A stretch of 62,415 nt of DNA, the filler included, from Platydemus manokwari (taxonomy: Eukaryota), in the NCBI GenBank assembly GCA_037951405.1. It is 6 parts of 6 records of this genome, joined end to end, with 100 filler letters (N's around TTAATTAATTAA, not from the genome) between each part and the next. Parts side by side here need not be neighbours in the genome. Positions count along the whole stretch, not along the records: positions 30,173 to 42,656 come from JBBMOY010116677.1; positions 42,757 to 51,499 come from JBBMOY011357094.1; 4 more parts are not named here. One strand, given 5' to 3'. Positions within the stretch are counted from its first letter, which is position 1. The number at the start of each line of letters is the position of its first letter. Positions 32,932 to 46,476 of this stretch are shown one piece after another. The position numbers and the translations under genes are program-made. The notes beneath the pieces were generated by a model that ran no database searches, was not told the DNA's origin, and saw nothing but the letters and a program-made list of their open reading frames with translations.

Positions 32932-35900
32932 TTATTTGTTTAAACTGATCAAATCGTGTTTTAGCCGAAGTCGATAGATATGTTTCAACAGCTTAATTCT
33001 GACACAAAATGTATTATTCTTGCTATTAGTAAAACAAATAATCGAAAAACCTGTCAGCTTTGGTGGATATACCCATTTCCATCAAATGTTCTTCAGTAAT
33101 GAGTGTAAGGCAGCGACCTATAAAAGACAGACTACAAATATATAATATCTCATATTAATAAAGTAAACTTTTTCAGATAGAATTTATCGAATTAAAAATA
33201 GTTTTCAATCGATTATTATGTGATATATCAATAATAATGTGTTATTAACATAAATTAAAAAAAACAAATTCTTCAATAAATTTTAGAAAATTAATTATAC
33301 ATTTAAAAATAATCTTTTCAAAACAAATTTAGGATAAAAAAACAAAAATCTATTTAAGACATTGATTAATTGGTTAGCCGTGATGACTCAAGACTTATAA
33401 CATAGATTCTCTCTTGCGATTAAGATTTTTTTAATTTGTCTTCCAATGAAGCAGATTGGAATTTGCTTAAGTCAACGAAGAGAACCAATTCAGACATTAT
33501 ATGATTAGTACAATGTAGAGACATGTATAGCAAGATAAGAAAGCAACAACAATATCAAATACATATTTATATACCGAACAAGACAGGTTAAGTAAAAGGT
33601 AAAGAATAACAGAAAGTCATTATTTCAAGCAATAAATCACAAAATTGTAAGTATCAACAATTTCGATTAAAACAATAAAGTTGAACACGTTTAAAATTAA
33701 ATATCCTCTAGAAACTTTTTATCACAAATTTTAATGCAATGCATTGATTACATTTACAAGTTTCCCCAAGTGAAACTGGAGGAAAAATTTAATAGTAAAT
33801 ATAATTGATCATAGAATTTATTTTCGGGATTGCAAATTTGTATTTGCATAACCATAAAATATTACTAAAATACTAAAATTATAAATTTTTCAACATTTAG
33901 AATTGGAAAAATCGAAATATTTTAAAATCCAAATTCAACAAAGAAATATTTCCAAAAGCCTTTTCCAAACAAATCAATGACAAATCATCAATAACAACAG
34001 TGCAAAACGTAACACTGGTTACCATAGAAAGAACAAGAAAAACAAATCAGTACGAAAAATGGCGTTGTCTTATTGGATGAGAAACAAAGTAAATAATTTT
34101 AAGTGTTAAAAAACTACACTAAAAACCACTAAAAATGTAAGGTTTTATTATAGTTTTGCACATTTACGATAACAAACTGTCTGTGAATATTGATTGTGGT
34201 AGATAATTAGAGACAGATATAATAAAGATAATATAAAATTATGCAAAAACAAAAAATAAATAACGGAATTTAAAATGTTAATTTTAAATATAAACAGCAA
34301 TGAACATCCATTCAACAAATAAAACGAGCAGCATTTGGGAATTGAGATGAAACCTAACGAATAACTGAAATTTATACAGCAACAAGTATGCAAAAACAAT
34401 GATAATTATGTGACACCTTAAATTCTAAGTGAAACCCAAATTTCAAGCAATCATCACTATACAACCGATGAACCTTTGGTTTTTTAAATGAAGTTGTAGA
34501 ATAATTCTTGTCACCATTGCCTTTTTCTTTTGAAAAACTTGTCCATATTTAAAGGTTAATTAAATCTAAAATTGAAGAAAATAAATCTAAGAGAATTTTT
34601 ATCATAATTAATCATGTTTTTTATTTGTCCTACTAAAACCTTAACTTACAACACCTAAATATTAAATAAGAAATATCTGCAAAGTCTTTTGATTTTGTAA
34701 ACGAGATATAAAGCATAACAACGCTTACTAATTACTTTGCGGCACAAAGGTTTGGAACTATTGCCTTAAAATATATCTCGATATAATATTAAATAATAAA
34801 TAAGTCACTAAGACATCATCCCGAGTTGTCTTGACCAGCCAATCAGAACATAGCAACACAAGAATCAATCACATGTAACCCGAAAATACACATCAATTAA
34901 TCAAATTGAAATCAAGTAATCAGTTACTAAAATCAGAGTAAGAAAACTATATAAACCATTACAAAAATCGGTAAATTGCATAAAAATTGTAGCACAAAAA
35001 TCACAGGATAAAATAAGCACTCAAAATATTCAGTAGTTCAAACATCCCGACAAATCAGAAGTTCTAAGCTTATATTCAATAAACAATGGAGAGATCTTCA
35101 CATTTTAATTGTGGCATTGTCCCGAAAAAGAAATTATCAAGCAGTAATTAAACCGCCAATTTTCATGCTGACTACTTGGTATCTCTTAAACTTAAATCGC
35201 TTCTGACCTTTTACATACAGAGATGGCAGCATAGAGTAATACAGCTAACACAAAACATTGTCGCATTGCATATTTGGATTATTAATTATTGTGAAATTTA
35301 TAGTATAGTGTAATCAAATGACCCTTAATTATAGCTAATAACAAGTAACCTTATTAAATGAAACGAATAAGGATCGAATGATAGTAGCCACATTAAATTG
35401 AGTTTATTACCAGTGTGCAATTGCTGTTAATAAAACCAATCTCATTCATCAAAAAATAAATTTCATCATAACAACGACATTATTCGTTCAGATAAAGAAA
35501 TACATTGAGAACCGCACAAAACTTTTCTTGGAGAACAGTTAGCTTATAACATACAGAATAGCATATTGAATTCTTTGTTGCCATACAATGTACGATTCTG
35601 GAAAGCAATTACTATCCGTTTCAAGAATAATATCAATTCAATCCTGAAATCTCATTTATTATTCTCATCAAGGCTCCGAATTATCAATCAGGCGTTCACA
35701 TTTCTGTACTGGTCATTTCATTACCATTTTTCCTGTGATTTGAGGTAATTTGTACTTGATTATTAGTGAGACAATTTCATAAATAAGGTCTTTAAAATCT
35801 ATACATCCCTTGCTTGACATTTGGTTCCCATCGTTCCAACGGCCATTAAGGGTCTTATTTTATTGCTGTTGTTATTATCTTGTAGAACAGTCTCGAAGAA

Positions 35901-36829
35901 CAAAAGTTAGCCTATTTTAATCAATATCTTGTAACCTCAGAATTTATCAGTTTCATTGAAATATATTTTTATTTGTCTCGTCAGTCTTATTTAACTATTA
36001 TCTGTATGATTTGAGATTTCCACTACATTCTGGATTCGGTAAGTTATTGTAGAGCTTAAATTAAGTTTAGTAAGCGCAATCTAACCAATCACATGTCTTT
36101 TTTCTTGTACAAGATTTTAATCATCTTTACTTAAACCAAACCTATATTATCACTTTAAGAAAACTAATAAACCCTTGCATTACATACTTTATAGTTTTAC
36201 ATAATTACTTCCCCCACAATTATATTACATAATATTTCAACTCTTTCAAACTAATATAAAACATTAAATGTTGGTTTTAGAAATATTGATCATATATTAT
36301 ATCAAAATTAATATTTAAGTTAAATGATTATTAATCATAGAATTTGCTGTAAATTTGATAAGTTTTGAAGTTATCAATAGTTAAAAGTTATTAACTAAAA
36401 TCTACTAAATAGAAAATCTCTACAATTTTTCTTAATATTCATAAAAAATTCATTAATTCTTAATCACATTTAATTAAATAAAAATTTTACTTAGATGTAA
36501 CCAATACAGGAACCATTATTTATAATTACTCTAAGTTTTAGAAAGTAACAAGTTTATAAATACTGTTACAGTTTCTTAATTTATAATATTAGAACCAATT
36601 AAAATATTAATTAATGATTTTTAATACCTGTTATACAGTGACTTTCAAAATGTTTAGAATATTTCTGACCTTCGGGTTCTGCATGACGAACTAGCCACTT
36701 ACAAACTTCAGTCACATTCCAAAATACAACCGGTTTAGTTTTACGAATCGCTTGCTAAATTACATTACATAAATTGCACCGCGTTTCAATTTTCATACTA
36801 ACGCTTTCTTTGGTTTGTTTGGAATCCAT
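32932..36829 (-). CDS. ave: Aveugle/Hyphen (SAMD10/SAMD12-like) single SAM-domain protein, complete, 4 exons, 95 aa
   Basis: Exons 36829-36803, 36754-36628, 33117-33051, 32998-32932 (288 nt, GT-AG, in phase) give MDSKQTKESQAIRKTKPVVFWNVTEVCKWLVRHAEPEGQKYSKHFESHCITGRCLTLITEEHLMEMGISTKADRIKLLKHIYRLRLKHDLISLNK*, matching KPV..W...DVCKWL..H...F..H.ITGR.L. Not in the ORF track. Confidence 0.92.
35420..36050 (-). mobile_element. Decayed Gypsy RT/RNase H remnant in ave intron 2
   Basis: DFR...IILETDSN resembles the RNase H FILETDAS motif; otherwise heavily decayed. Confidence 0.35.
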
Positions 36830-37349
36830 AATAAATACTCATTATAACAAAACAAATTATGTTGAAATAAAATTTATTAGTATTTTATAACTTTTTATTT
36901 CACTTATTAAATCGAAGTTTTTATACTAATTCAAAATATTTAAAGTTCAAGACAACATTTGTTTCATTGGATATCTATAATACAATTCAGTACCTCCTAT
37001 TTGTATGCTATGTTTTGTATAGAAACCTTTTCAAAATTAGTTTTACTTATAGTAACGGTTACCTTTATTTATTTGTTTATGAAAATAACTGATAATTAAC
37101 TGATTCATAACTGATTTTTAACTAGTTTTTATAATAATTGCCATTGTTGTAAATATTTACAAAATAATAAATACATTTATTTTGTATTTTACTAATTATT
37201 AATTTTATTAATTTCCTCAGATTTTACTTTTAAAATCTTTTCTATATAATTTATTTTCTCATTTATTTCAATCATCAATACATATTCTTATTAATTTTTT
37301 AATTAAAAATTTTAAACATGTACATTGATATACTTTAAAATTTATTTGA

Positions 37350-37580
37350 TAAGATTCGAACGTTAATTTCAAAATTTGTATTGCGAAACAAATTAAAACG
37401 TATTATGGCCACGCATCTTTAGTCAAAATAGCTGTCAACGTTTCTCTTCTTTGTTCTTATAAAGTTCTTACCGCTGAGGATATTAAACATAAACTTAAGA
37501 AATTAGAAAATTGTAAAGAAATATTTTTAAAATATTTCTCAAAATATCATTTATGTATCATTCACATATATTTTTGAAAT
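37350..37580 (+). mobile_element. Possible integrase zinc-finger remnant
   Basis: Start-less open frame YYGHASLVK...EDIKHKLKKLENCK resembles the integrase HHCC region. Confidence 0.3.
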
Positions 37581-38549
37581 AATCTAGAATATTGTGTTAA
37601 ATTTTATGTCCGTAAAATTACTAAAAAATATCTCAACTCTTGGTAGCAACTATAATTCATGCATAGTCGGTATTACTTTTGATTGGTTACCTTTCATTTT
37701 GTTGCGAATATTAAATGTACAGTTAGTTTTAGTTGATTATAATTTATTGATCTATCTTTAGTATTTATGGACTAAATGAGATCTAAATGTAGCAAAGGAT
37801 TTTTAATGACACCTACAATGCTAATTTGCTCTTAAATAACTCATAAGCCGAAATGTTGAATCTTTCAAATGCTAAAAGGTCATATTTGTAATATTATTGA
37901 TGATCAGAAAATTTTATGTGTTCCAAGTGATAGACTTTTATTTAATTATCTGATTTTTCGATTTTAATTGGATTTATTGATTTATCATGTCCGAGTTTGG
38001 TTACTCTTTGTTTATATGTAGTTATGCAGTCATGTATTTTAGTTAAGTGAATTCTAAGCCTCACCTTTCTTCTGACTGGTCGGCTATCGTGCACAAGTAA
38101 GTCAGTATATATATATATAAAGTATCAAAACAGGGTTCCAAGTACAATGTACTATTAGTTATTTCACGAAATGTTTAAAAATTTTGGGTTTCCTCTTAAA
38201 GCGTTGATGAGAGAAGAAAAATGAGATTTATTATATTATATTCTTTCTCATTTCTGTTTATTTCAAGGGAAGTTAATATTAATATCCTACATCAATTTAA
38301 AATTTTTTAAATTTGATTTTTCATCAAATATTTATATTATCGAATGTTGTAATTTATCACAATTACATCTTTTGTTTCCAGGTTTCATAATAGACAAAAT
38401 GAAAATATCATTATATATTGTTACATCACGAACAATTTAATAGATTATAAAAAAGTTACAACTAAATTGCTTCAATATACTTCAGTTACCAATTATGTGG
38501 AAAGGTTCATTATATTACAATTAGATCAATAATTTTTTATCATTTAAGT

Positions 38550-40300
38550 CCAAATCTCAACAATTCAATCATATCTGTTATTGATACGTTATTGGATTCT
38601 TTATTTTTAACATAAAAGTTATCGACTCGTGGTCTATCCTAAGTGTGAATGTTTAACGAAACAAATAATGGATAAAATGATGACAGAAACAATATATAGC
38701 CAATGATTTCATTCTAGTGATACAATATCTTTTCTCAAGCTTGTTTATTGCACATGATCTTATGTGATTACACCCCCATTTTGTGGTCATCTTTCGAGAT
38801 TTGCCGGCTACAATTTGGTCAAAACTTGTATCGGTACCTAGTATTAATTTTTTATTGAAATCTGGGAATGTCAAAATTGGTGCTTTTGCCAAAGCTTTCT
38901 TCATTTCTAGAAATTTATTGACACAGGCGTTGTCCCTTTGTCACAAGATTAGTTTTCCGTTATTCTTCCTCACAACTGCTCCAGTGCTTTTAATTTTTTG
39001 ACTACTCCTGTATAAATATCCTATAATAGGCACAAATTTCTAAGAAGCTTATTAAATTCTTTATGTATTTTGGTTTTTCAAAAGATTTAAATGCTTCAAT
39101 CTTATTTGAGTCTGTTCTGATGCCTTGATTTCTATTTTTAATATGTTACGTTTTTTGAGTTTACCTATTATCCAATTTTTCTATTGTCTGTATAACTTCT
39201 TCTAAGACTTTAAAGTGTTCTTTCAAAGTTTTCGAAAATATGATTGTGTCATCTGAGTAAACCATTGCACCTTTATCTTTAATATCATTGAGTACATTCG
39301 TCATTACTTCTTGAAAAATTCAAGGTGCTACAGCAATTCCAAATAACATCTTAGTAAAAAAAATATTTTTGTTGTTGTTGAAAACGTTGTTTATTCGTTT
39401 GATTCTTCTTTTTAGTACTACGTCCTACCCAAAACAATAGATGTAAAGTATTTAAACCTAGAATTTCTTCTGCATTTTGTGAACGAAGCACTTATATTTC
39501 TATTATTAAATTTGACTATCTGAAATCATGGCATAATCTTATATCTTTCCTTTTATTCCATGTACAAACCAAAGTAGTATTCCACTGTTAGTTGCTCTTC
39601 ATTTATGACGTTATTTGTTAACACAAGTCTTAATTACTTCATCTATCTTTTCTCCTAAATTACCTCTTGTCTTTGTGGATTCAGGTTTCTCGGATTACCA
39701 TTTATTACAACTTTGCATTTCACTAGTTTTGTGCAACCTATATTCTAATGTTTTTATATGAATACATTCCGTTTATTACTGATAATCTGATATACACGAT
39801 ATTCCTCTTTCAATCTAAGACACATTTAGTATTTTTAAATTTGTCTTCAATCATGTTCCTCCCGAATGTAGATATTTTTGAGTTATCAATCAACAATTTG
39901 GATCTCAAAATTTGTATTAACTAAAATATTACACCCAAAGTCTCAACAACAATAACGGCAAATATTTTCACAATTCACAAGGTAAATCATTCAAAATTGG
40001 ATCAGTGCCCGAAATTCTAAAACAAAATGAAAAATAATCAAAAATACTGATTACTAAAATCACACATAAGATAAGCACTCAGGTTACCGACCAAAAAAGA
40101 CTGGCAGAAATCCATGGAAATCAACCTCTTTTATAGACCTACTAGGTGTGTCTGCTTGATGTCAAGAATCTTCGTTTTCCATTTCCTGAATTTTTTCGGG
40201 GATCAATCTCCTTGAGATTTTTCTTACATCTTTCGTGCCATTAGCGAATATTTGAGCTGTCTATGTGCCTGTCTATTCTTAGCTTCTAAAGATGGATTAA
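38550..40300 (-). mobile_element. Degenerate Ty3/Gypsy gag-pol
   Basis: RT: MLFGIAVAP*IFQEVMTNVL...VYSDDTIIFSKTLKEH. RNase H: ALAKAPILTFPDFNKKLILGTDTS...EKRYCITR...HFIHYL. Weak gag-like residue near 40150-40260. Confidence 0.9.
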
Positions 40301-42140
40301 CATTAGAAAGAATCTGATTGGCTGACAGTTTTACTGTTTTTAGGGTTCTTTTCTTGGTTCAAGTGACCCTTTTGAATGATTTGTGATATTCTCACAATTG
40401 AAGTTGTATCTATTTTTCTCCTTTTCCATTTATTTATTTAAAAATTTTTATTCTAGATAATTTTTGTAATTCTATATCTGGTATAATTTGTGATGATATG
40501 TATTTTTTTGTTCGTATATGTAATTGGAAACGCGTTCAGCAGACGTTGCTCGCGGTTCCCTTAGTCCTCCACCATGGAGCTTTTGGGTTCAGCGGAATTT
40601 TGATCAAAAACCATTGGTAGAGACTCTTGTCTTCATTTATATCTGCTAAAATTTATCTTCAACTTAACTTTAACTTAAAGTACTTCGTTAAGTGTTTAAT
40701 AACTAACAAATTTTATCTTAACAATTAGCATTTCATTCCATGTACAAATCATTAGTAATTTAGAATACACAAACTATAATATTAATAAGAAAAAAGATTT
40801 TTGATAAAATTTGCAATATTTCATAGAAATAACCATCATTAATATATTTCTTATTTCTTAAGATGCTTTAATTATTAATTAATCCCAGTATTTGTCAATA
40901 TTTGATCGACATATTAATTGATTAATAGGACATCTATAATATAAAATTTATTATAGTAAATATAACTGTTTTAGATAATAATTTTATTATTTGAATACTA
41001 ATGAATATTGTTCGAAGTTTTAACTAATTCTCGATGCATCAGGACAAAATTGGTGTATAATTATGATTTTAAAATAATGAAATAAGATTCAATGAAAAGT
41101 AATGAAATGGTTTATTATTTTGAGTTCATGAAAAATAATAATTACTTTCGAAATGTTTCATTCAATACACCAGAAAGGGAACGAATTGACAAACGATAAT
41201 GGAGAATTAATTAATTCTGTATACGACAAGTATTGACGAAGACATTTTCGATTTTGATACACCACGATAAATTGCAATTATAAAATGAAATTATTGTTTG
41301 TTAGTGAGATGAATTTGTACAAACAAAATGGAAAACATGGAAAAAGAAGAGCTGGGTGTAGATTTGGACGATCAAGGGTCGGGGGAAAATTCTGGTACTG
41401 CTCTCAAATCCCAATAATCGAATATTCGTGAACATTTTATTGACAATTGACTCTTTCGATTACGATTTATTGATTAGGATTTATATGCCACTTGTAATAA
41501 ATTGATAATTTGTATAATTTTTAGAAATTGCATGCATAAATATATTATAATTTATAAACAATTTTCTAATATAATTTTAATCAAATAAAATAAGTAGGAA
41601 TAAAAAGAAAAATTAATTTTAATAATTTTAAAGATTGACAAATTATATAATAGAATTTTAAGATTAATAAAATGAAACAAATTTTTAAGTTTAGGAGCTT
41701 TTAAAATCGTAAATAATTAAGGATCAAAGTAAATAAAATCATAAAAAAATCTTAGGTACAAAGTATCGAAATTCAGCAACTATATAGGCTGATGAATTTT
41801 CATCACAATTCAATCGTAAAAGTTTTTTAGAAAAAAACCTTAAAATTTCGGGGAGAAAAATTACAATCTACAATCTAAAAAATACTATCTGACGATAATA
41901 CATTGAAAAAGGAAAAATTTGAAATATAAAAAAGAATTTTAAATTTTTTGGAAATGCTAAATTTTGATAAATTTAATTAACACAGAAAATAAAAGATAAA
42001 ATCCATTTTAAAGGGATCTTATATTCATTAAAATTTTTAATTTCAACTATTAGAACAAAAGTAAAGTTCTCACGTTCGCGGTGAGATAACTACACCAATT
42101 GGTTGTACTCATACCACAAGGAAGTCAGTTGGTGTAATTA

Positions 42141-42229
42141 AGTAGTGGTAAAATGAGGGTTCCAACCCAAACCCTCGCTGCGCTCAAATTGTCTAGGATT
42201 CGAGTTGGAACCCTCATTTTACCACTACT
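42141..42229. repeat. 89-bp foldback with perfect 26-bp inverted arms (MITE-like)
   Basis: AGTAGTGGTAAAATGAGGGTTCCAAC (42141-42166) and its exact reverse complement (42204-42229). Confidence 0.9.
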
Positions 42230-42356
42230 ATAAAACAATCAAATTTTACAACCGCAGTATATCACACGAATCACCTCCAAATTGCTCGTTTTGCAATTAA
42301 ATCATAAAATTATCCTTATTTTAAAAATAAAGTAAATTAAAAAGGTAAATATAAAA

Positions 42357-42566
42357 ATGAATGAACCCATGTTGGAATGTCATTGTGAAGTGTATTATAA
42401 GTATTTTAAAAATAAAACAGGATTAATCTCTCATAAAAAATTAAGAGATCATTTAATAAAACAAAATGAAAGACTAACAGAAGGAAATGAAATTGCAACA
42501 CAAAATAAATTCAAAGAAGTTTATGAAAAATATGATTATGAAAAGAAATATGATAAAATAAAATAA
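42357..42566 (+). pseudogene. Short ORF with a degenerate C2H2 zinc finger, probably TE-derived
   Basis: CEVYYKYFKNKTGLISHKKLRDH fits C-x2-(C>Y)-x3-F-x5-L-x2-H-x5-H. Confidence 0.4.
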
Positions 42567-42656
42567 AATTTATTTAAAGAATGTATTAGGTGTATAACCT
42601 TAAAATTTCGGTTTTTTTTGAAAAATATTTATTTATTTAAAGTACATTTTGCATAG

Positions 42657-42756
42657 NNNNNNNNNNNNNNNNNNNNNNNNNNNNNNNNNNNNNNNNNNNN
42701 TTAATTAATTAANNNNNNNNNNNNNNNNNNNNNNNNNNNNNNNNNNNNNNNNNNNN
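42657..42756. other. Assembly gap with TTAATTAATTAA linker
   Basis: Same structure. Confidence 0.99.
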
Positions 42757-43120
42757 TGATATCTAGTATCACTGAAATTTTCGAATAATCCAGTCATTCC
42801 ATAATGGAATTAATATCTAGGATCACTGAAATTATCGATTAATTCAGTCATTCCATAATGGAATTGACATCTAGAATCACTGGAATTTTCGAATAATCCA
42901 GTCATTCCATAATGGAATCGATATCTAGGATCACTGAAATTATCGATTAATTCAGTCATTCCATAATGGAATTGATATCTAGTATCACTGAAATTTTCGA
43001 ATAATCCAGTCATTCCATAATGGAATTAATATCTAGGATCACTGAAATTTTCGAATAATCCAGTCATTCCATAATGGAATCGATATCTAGGATCACTGAA
43101 ATTATCGATTAATCCAGTCA
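42757..43120. repeat. 54-bp tandem repeat, about 6.7 copies, running into the gap
   Basis: Unit GATATCTAG(G/T)ATCACTGAAATT(T/A)TCGA(A/T)TAAT(C/T)CAGTCATTCCATAATGGAAT(T/C) starting at 42758, 42812, 42866, 42920, 42974, 43028, 43082. Confidence 0.95.
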
Positions 43121-43315
43121 TATTGCTTAAATTCATCGATTTATTCCTCATTGAATTTTGTAAAATGTGATATGAAATTTATTTTGTTCGTACTAGCGGA
43201 TTCCCTTATATTTTTTTTAAATATACATTTTATTATATAATTTTTGATGATTATCAAATATTTAGAATCAAATAATTATAATAGTATTTTTGGGAATTTT
43301 TTATGATATTTGTTA

Positions 43316-43530
43316 TTTTATTTTCCGGACTATAAGGTACATCCTAACTATGAATTGAGAGATTAATATATTAAATTAAATTAAAAACGTGTAGCAATAT
43401 TTAATGCTCTTCATCATCTAAAATGCCACATTCGCTTATAAACATCATCACCATCATTTTTTAAATATTCCTGCTTTAATAAATCCTCAAAATCTGTTTT
43501 AAGGTGCGCTTTATAATCTGGAAAATACGG
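43316..43530. mobile_element. pogo-like non-autonomous element
   Basis: TIR pair TATTTTCCGGACTATAAGGTACA / GGTGCGCTTTATAATCTGGAAAATACGG+TA; internal GFIKAGI (minus strand) resembles a pogo transposase C-terminus. Confidence 0.7.
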
Positions 43531-43739
43531 TAATTTCTAATAATTAAATATTTGTCTATTAAACAGCATGGTTAATAGATATTATATTTTCTTTTATTTT
43601 TTTTTAAAATGTATTTCATTTTGGTATCGAGGTTTAGAACTCATCAGTATTCGTCTTATTTTCAAATCAACCTTTATCAAGTTACACTAACCTGAAATAT
43701 TAATTATCATATAGATCGATGGACTTCATTTCAGTTGCT

Positions 43740-44080
43740 AATTCTGTTTATCGTTTGATGTTTATTTGAGTGTTGTTAGAGAGAATGATCATCAGATCAT
43801 TATGTAATTGTATTCATTTTCAGTTTAAGATAACATCGTCAAAATATTCGAAATTATTTACGTTTTACTTAGAAATTCTTTTACATACCGCTAAATGTGT
43901 TCTGAATCGTATTCATTAAAGTACAATTCTTTAGATCTCCAATAGTGATGCCTCGTCAGCATGGCCACGGTCGTGGTAAAAAAGGCCACCGTAATGCTCT
44001 TATTCAGCAAGCTTCGAGATATAAATGAATCTCGTTAATTCCTTATCACCTCTAGTATCTCATTTGAAAACTTTATTAAA
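43740..44080 (-). mobile_element. hAT (Buster-type) transposase remnant
   Basis: EHYGGLFYH...VKEFLSK...EYFDD resembles EYGDLLYHTEVRWLS...EVKEFL. Confidence 0.45.
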
Positions 44081-45884
44081 TCGATCATTTTTTCTGTGAA
44101 AGTCTATGAAAACGAAGAGATTAATTAATGTTATATATATAAAAAAAAGTCAAATAAAATCGATTGTTTCTTGTTGAAAAAAAAGGTAAAATTTCAATTC
44201 ATTTTTTAAACGAAAAATGGAATGCTGTTTGATAAAGAATTGTAAATTGTTTCTTAATTATTTTTATTAAATGTGATTTGTACACGTGTCCACTTAATAA
44301 TTGAATATATTTTATAATAAAATCTATTGATCTCGGTTTAATAAAAATAATAATTATCTTTATTGTTGATTATGGAAATTGTGGAAATCTGATTTGATAT
44401 TATTATTATTATTGGTCAATATTTTTGGTGTTTTTCATAAAATTATCGATTTATTAATTAATCGGTTAATATCGTTTCGATTTCAGGTTTTATTTGTTGT
44501 ATTATTTGTTTTAATTCAAGAAATAAATTCAATTGATAATAGTTTCATAAAACATGAGCTTGTTTGGCATAAATAAAATCAATAAATCCCCCACCAACCC
44601 CCTCCCCCCGAAGTTGCTAAATTTGTTGTAATGACGAATTGAATTCAGAATTAATATTTCAATTTCCAATGTAAAAATTATCTTTGATTCGTGAGTTGGG
44701 TTGATTTTGTTCGCAGCATATGGCCTTTAGTTGTTGTAATTATCTTTGTAAGGGTTTTGAAAAATTTCCGATTGAACCCACTAGTAATTCTTGCAGGTTC
44801 TGAATCAGTAGACTTTTCTTTGATAGGATAGGATGTCGACTAATGAGTTCGTTCATTAGTTTATACAAATCACCTCGCATTTTAGATATTTATTATCATC
44901 CACAACTTGATGACGAACACATGATTTAATTGGATTTTGAATTCATAGCAACGCAGGATTATTGTTTATTTAGATTATCTTATAAATGCAATACATTTAT
45001 TCGTGATTATTTGATATTGTATTCTGTAAAACGTTTGATTAATTTACCTTTATTAATTTGTCACAATATATCTGTGAAATAGATGGCTTTGGATTATATT
45101 TAAAATTATTAAATTTGATAAAGCATATATATTCAAGTCTACATATCGGTTACATGGACATTAAAATCAGACTTCTATTTTTAGATTTAAACAGATCCCA
45201 TGAGTATACATTGTTAATCTTTCCATATGTTGTGTTCATATTAAAACTAATAATTTATCTGTGTGTACTTATGAAGGGTTGTTTTATGAAAAGGGTAAGT
45301 CGGACTGTTAGTTTGTCTTAGATATATGTATCCATTGGTTGTTAAGGTGATTACGTGGAATTCAAAAATTGCGATATGTTTTGTTTTTATCAAGAATTGA
45401 ATAATGTAAATATTATTAAAGAAAAAAATGTCAATTTATACATAAATCCAAGTAGCTAATATCAATCTGGTATGTGATGAATAAATACAATTTTAAAGGA
45501 CAATTATTTCTCAATATAAACAAATGTTAAGTGGTAATGATAGATGGAAATCAAGTATTACATCAAACTAATATGAGTATAAGTGCTTCCATTATTCACC
45601 TTATTATATATGTGCTACAGTCTGGGTCAGCTAATATCTGATTAATTCAAAGATAAATATTGATATTGAGTTCTATATTTTTATTTCTACTTTAATATTA
45701 ATAAGGTGAAAATGTTACGGATGAATGGTATGAGACATTCATTAATATCTGGCTCTCTATAAATCGGAATGTGTTTTTATTTTATGAATCTATTTTCGTG
45801 GTCAAAAATAAGATAAATGTTATAGTTTCTCGCTGATTTGTGCAATCGTTCTCTTTTACAAAATTTACAACCTTTTCCTTCATG

Positions 45885-46070
45885 ATTTCATCAGACGGTC
45901 TTCCGGATCGCAACGGAGTGGATAAGTTCCCAGTTTCTTCAAATTTCCGTTTTCAGTATTGCACTGTTGTCCTAGCTTGTGGCGAACAATTGATATGCCG
46001 TTAAAATTCTTGACTTACTTTGGCACTACTCTGGTACATTATTGTATGGCTTAATATAAACGCTATCCGC
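45885..46070 (-). mobile_element. Tc1/mariner (rosa/DD41D-like) transposase N-terminal HTH remnant
   Basis: QEF*RHINCSPQARTTVQY*KRKFEETGNLSTPLRSGRPS matches the KF.ETG.....RSGRP motif. Confidence 0.7.
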
Positions 46071-46476
46071 AAGCGAAAATTTAACATCACCAGCTGCTTC
46101 CACCATATTGTAATAAAGTAATTGATTAATAAGAAATAAAATCCATTAATCAGCGAATAATAATTAATATCAATAAGTATAAATATGAGTATAAATTAAA
46201 TTGTTTTGTTGTTTTATTTTAGTTTTAGAGACGGATACTTATGAATCGCACGGCATAATAAAATTATTATAATCACGATTATTAAATGGCTGTTATTATT
46301 AATTGGGTTTTTTTTTAACTTGAAACCTTTTGATTGAATTTCGATTGATAATAAATAAATTTGTCGAAGAAACACAACCGAAACTAATGAAAATTTGAGA
46401 CAATAATATAAATTTCATTTCCACCAATGCCAAAAGGATTGAAATAAATATTAATTTAATTTATCAATAATTATAA

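Noticed and set aside
42757-43120. CRISPR-like array, or 67-aa repeat protein (ORF 42810-43013)
   Set aside because: There are no unique spacers and the context is eukaryotic; the ORF is a by-product of a 54-bp period and hits a stop within the array.
43948-44028. Basic smORF MPRQHGHGRGKKGHRNALIQQASRYK on the plus strand
   Set aside because: Better explained as the antisense of a hAT transposase remnant; no independent support.
44665-44940. Possible minus-strand exon pair (…KYLKCE|STSYPIKEKSTDSEPARITSGFNRKFF…)
   Set aside because: Needs a 34-nt intron, below the local minimum, and the upstream part has an in-frame stop; unsupported without RNA data.
45058-45321. FPYVVFIL resembling SLC6 TM5
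   Set aside because: Wrong strand, and the flanking SLC6 residues are absent; probably chance in T-rich DNA.
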